Shown: positions 36,125 through 36,243 of the stretch, one piece after another
Layout of the letters: each line of letters opens with the position of its first letter
Position numbering within the stretch: the first letter of the stretch is position 1
Assembly (NCBI RefSeq): GCF_004010195.1
Contig: NC_057759.1
Coordinates: forward strand, 62,001 to 98,243
Direction of reading: 5' to 3'
DNA length: 36,243 nucleotides
DNA from: Chiloscyllium plagiosum
Taxonomy: Eukaryota
The notes under the pieces: generated by a model
Databases searched by the model: none
Seen by the model: the letters and a program-made list of their open reading frames with translations, nothing else
Told to the model about the DNA's origin: nothing
Translations under genes and position numbers: made by a program

Positions 36125-36243
36125 TTAGATTAGATTAGATTACAGTGTGGAAACAGGCCCTTCGGCCCAACAAGTCCACACCGACCCGCCGAAGCGAAAC
36201 CCACCCATACCACATTTACCCCTTACCTAACACTACGGGCAAT
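36125..36243 (-). mobile_element. HE1-like shark SINE 3' end, cut by the window edge
   Basis: (TTAGA)n tail followed by tacagtgtggaaacaggcccttcggcccaacaagtccacaccgacc; the tail resembles the CR1 3' ends in this window. Confidence 0.8.

Overview
Eukaryotic, repeat-rich genomic DNA. The repeat families and histone tails suggest a cartilaginous fish (shark); this is an inference. The window holds a dispersed, partly decayed set of replication-dependent histone genes, all on the + strand and each followed by a 3' stem-loop: H1 (middle hidden by a 267-N gap), intact H3.2, an H2A that has lost its TATA region, ATG and first 26 codons, and a solitary intact H2B about 23 kb downstream. No H4 is visible. 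The H1-H3-pseudoH2A block sits in the spacer of an old inverted duplication (about 1-6045 versus 14320-19650). A third, more diverged direct copy of the same unit lies at about 25290-33450. All three copies keep a small non-coding exon with intact splice sites, and one lies downstream of a CpG-rich NRF1-type promoter. A ~50-bp E2F/CHR-like promoter module occurs three times between H3 and H2A, twice with no gene behind it. The remainder is CR1-type and Rex1-type LINE fragments, SINEs, solo LTRs, a degenerate ~48-bp minisatellite and many short Penelope-derived elements, several with recognisable minimal hammerhead-ribozyme cores. All alignments were made by eye, so repeat boundaries are approximate.
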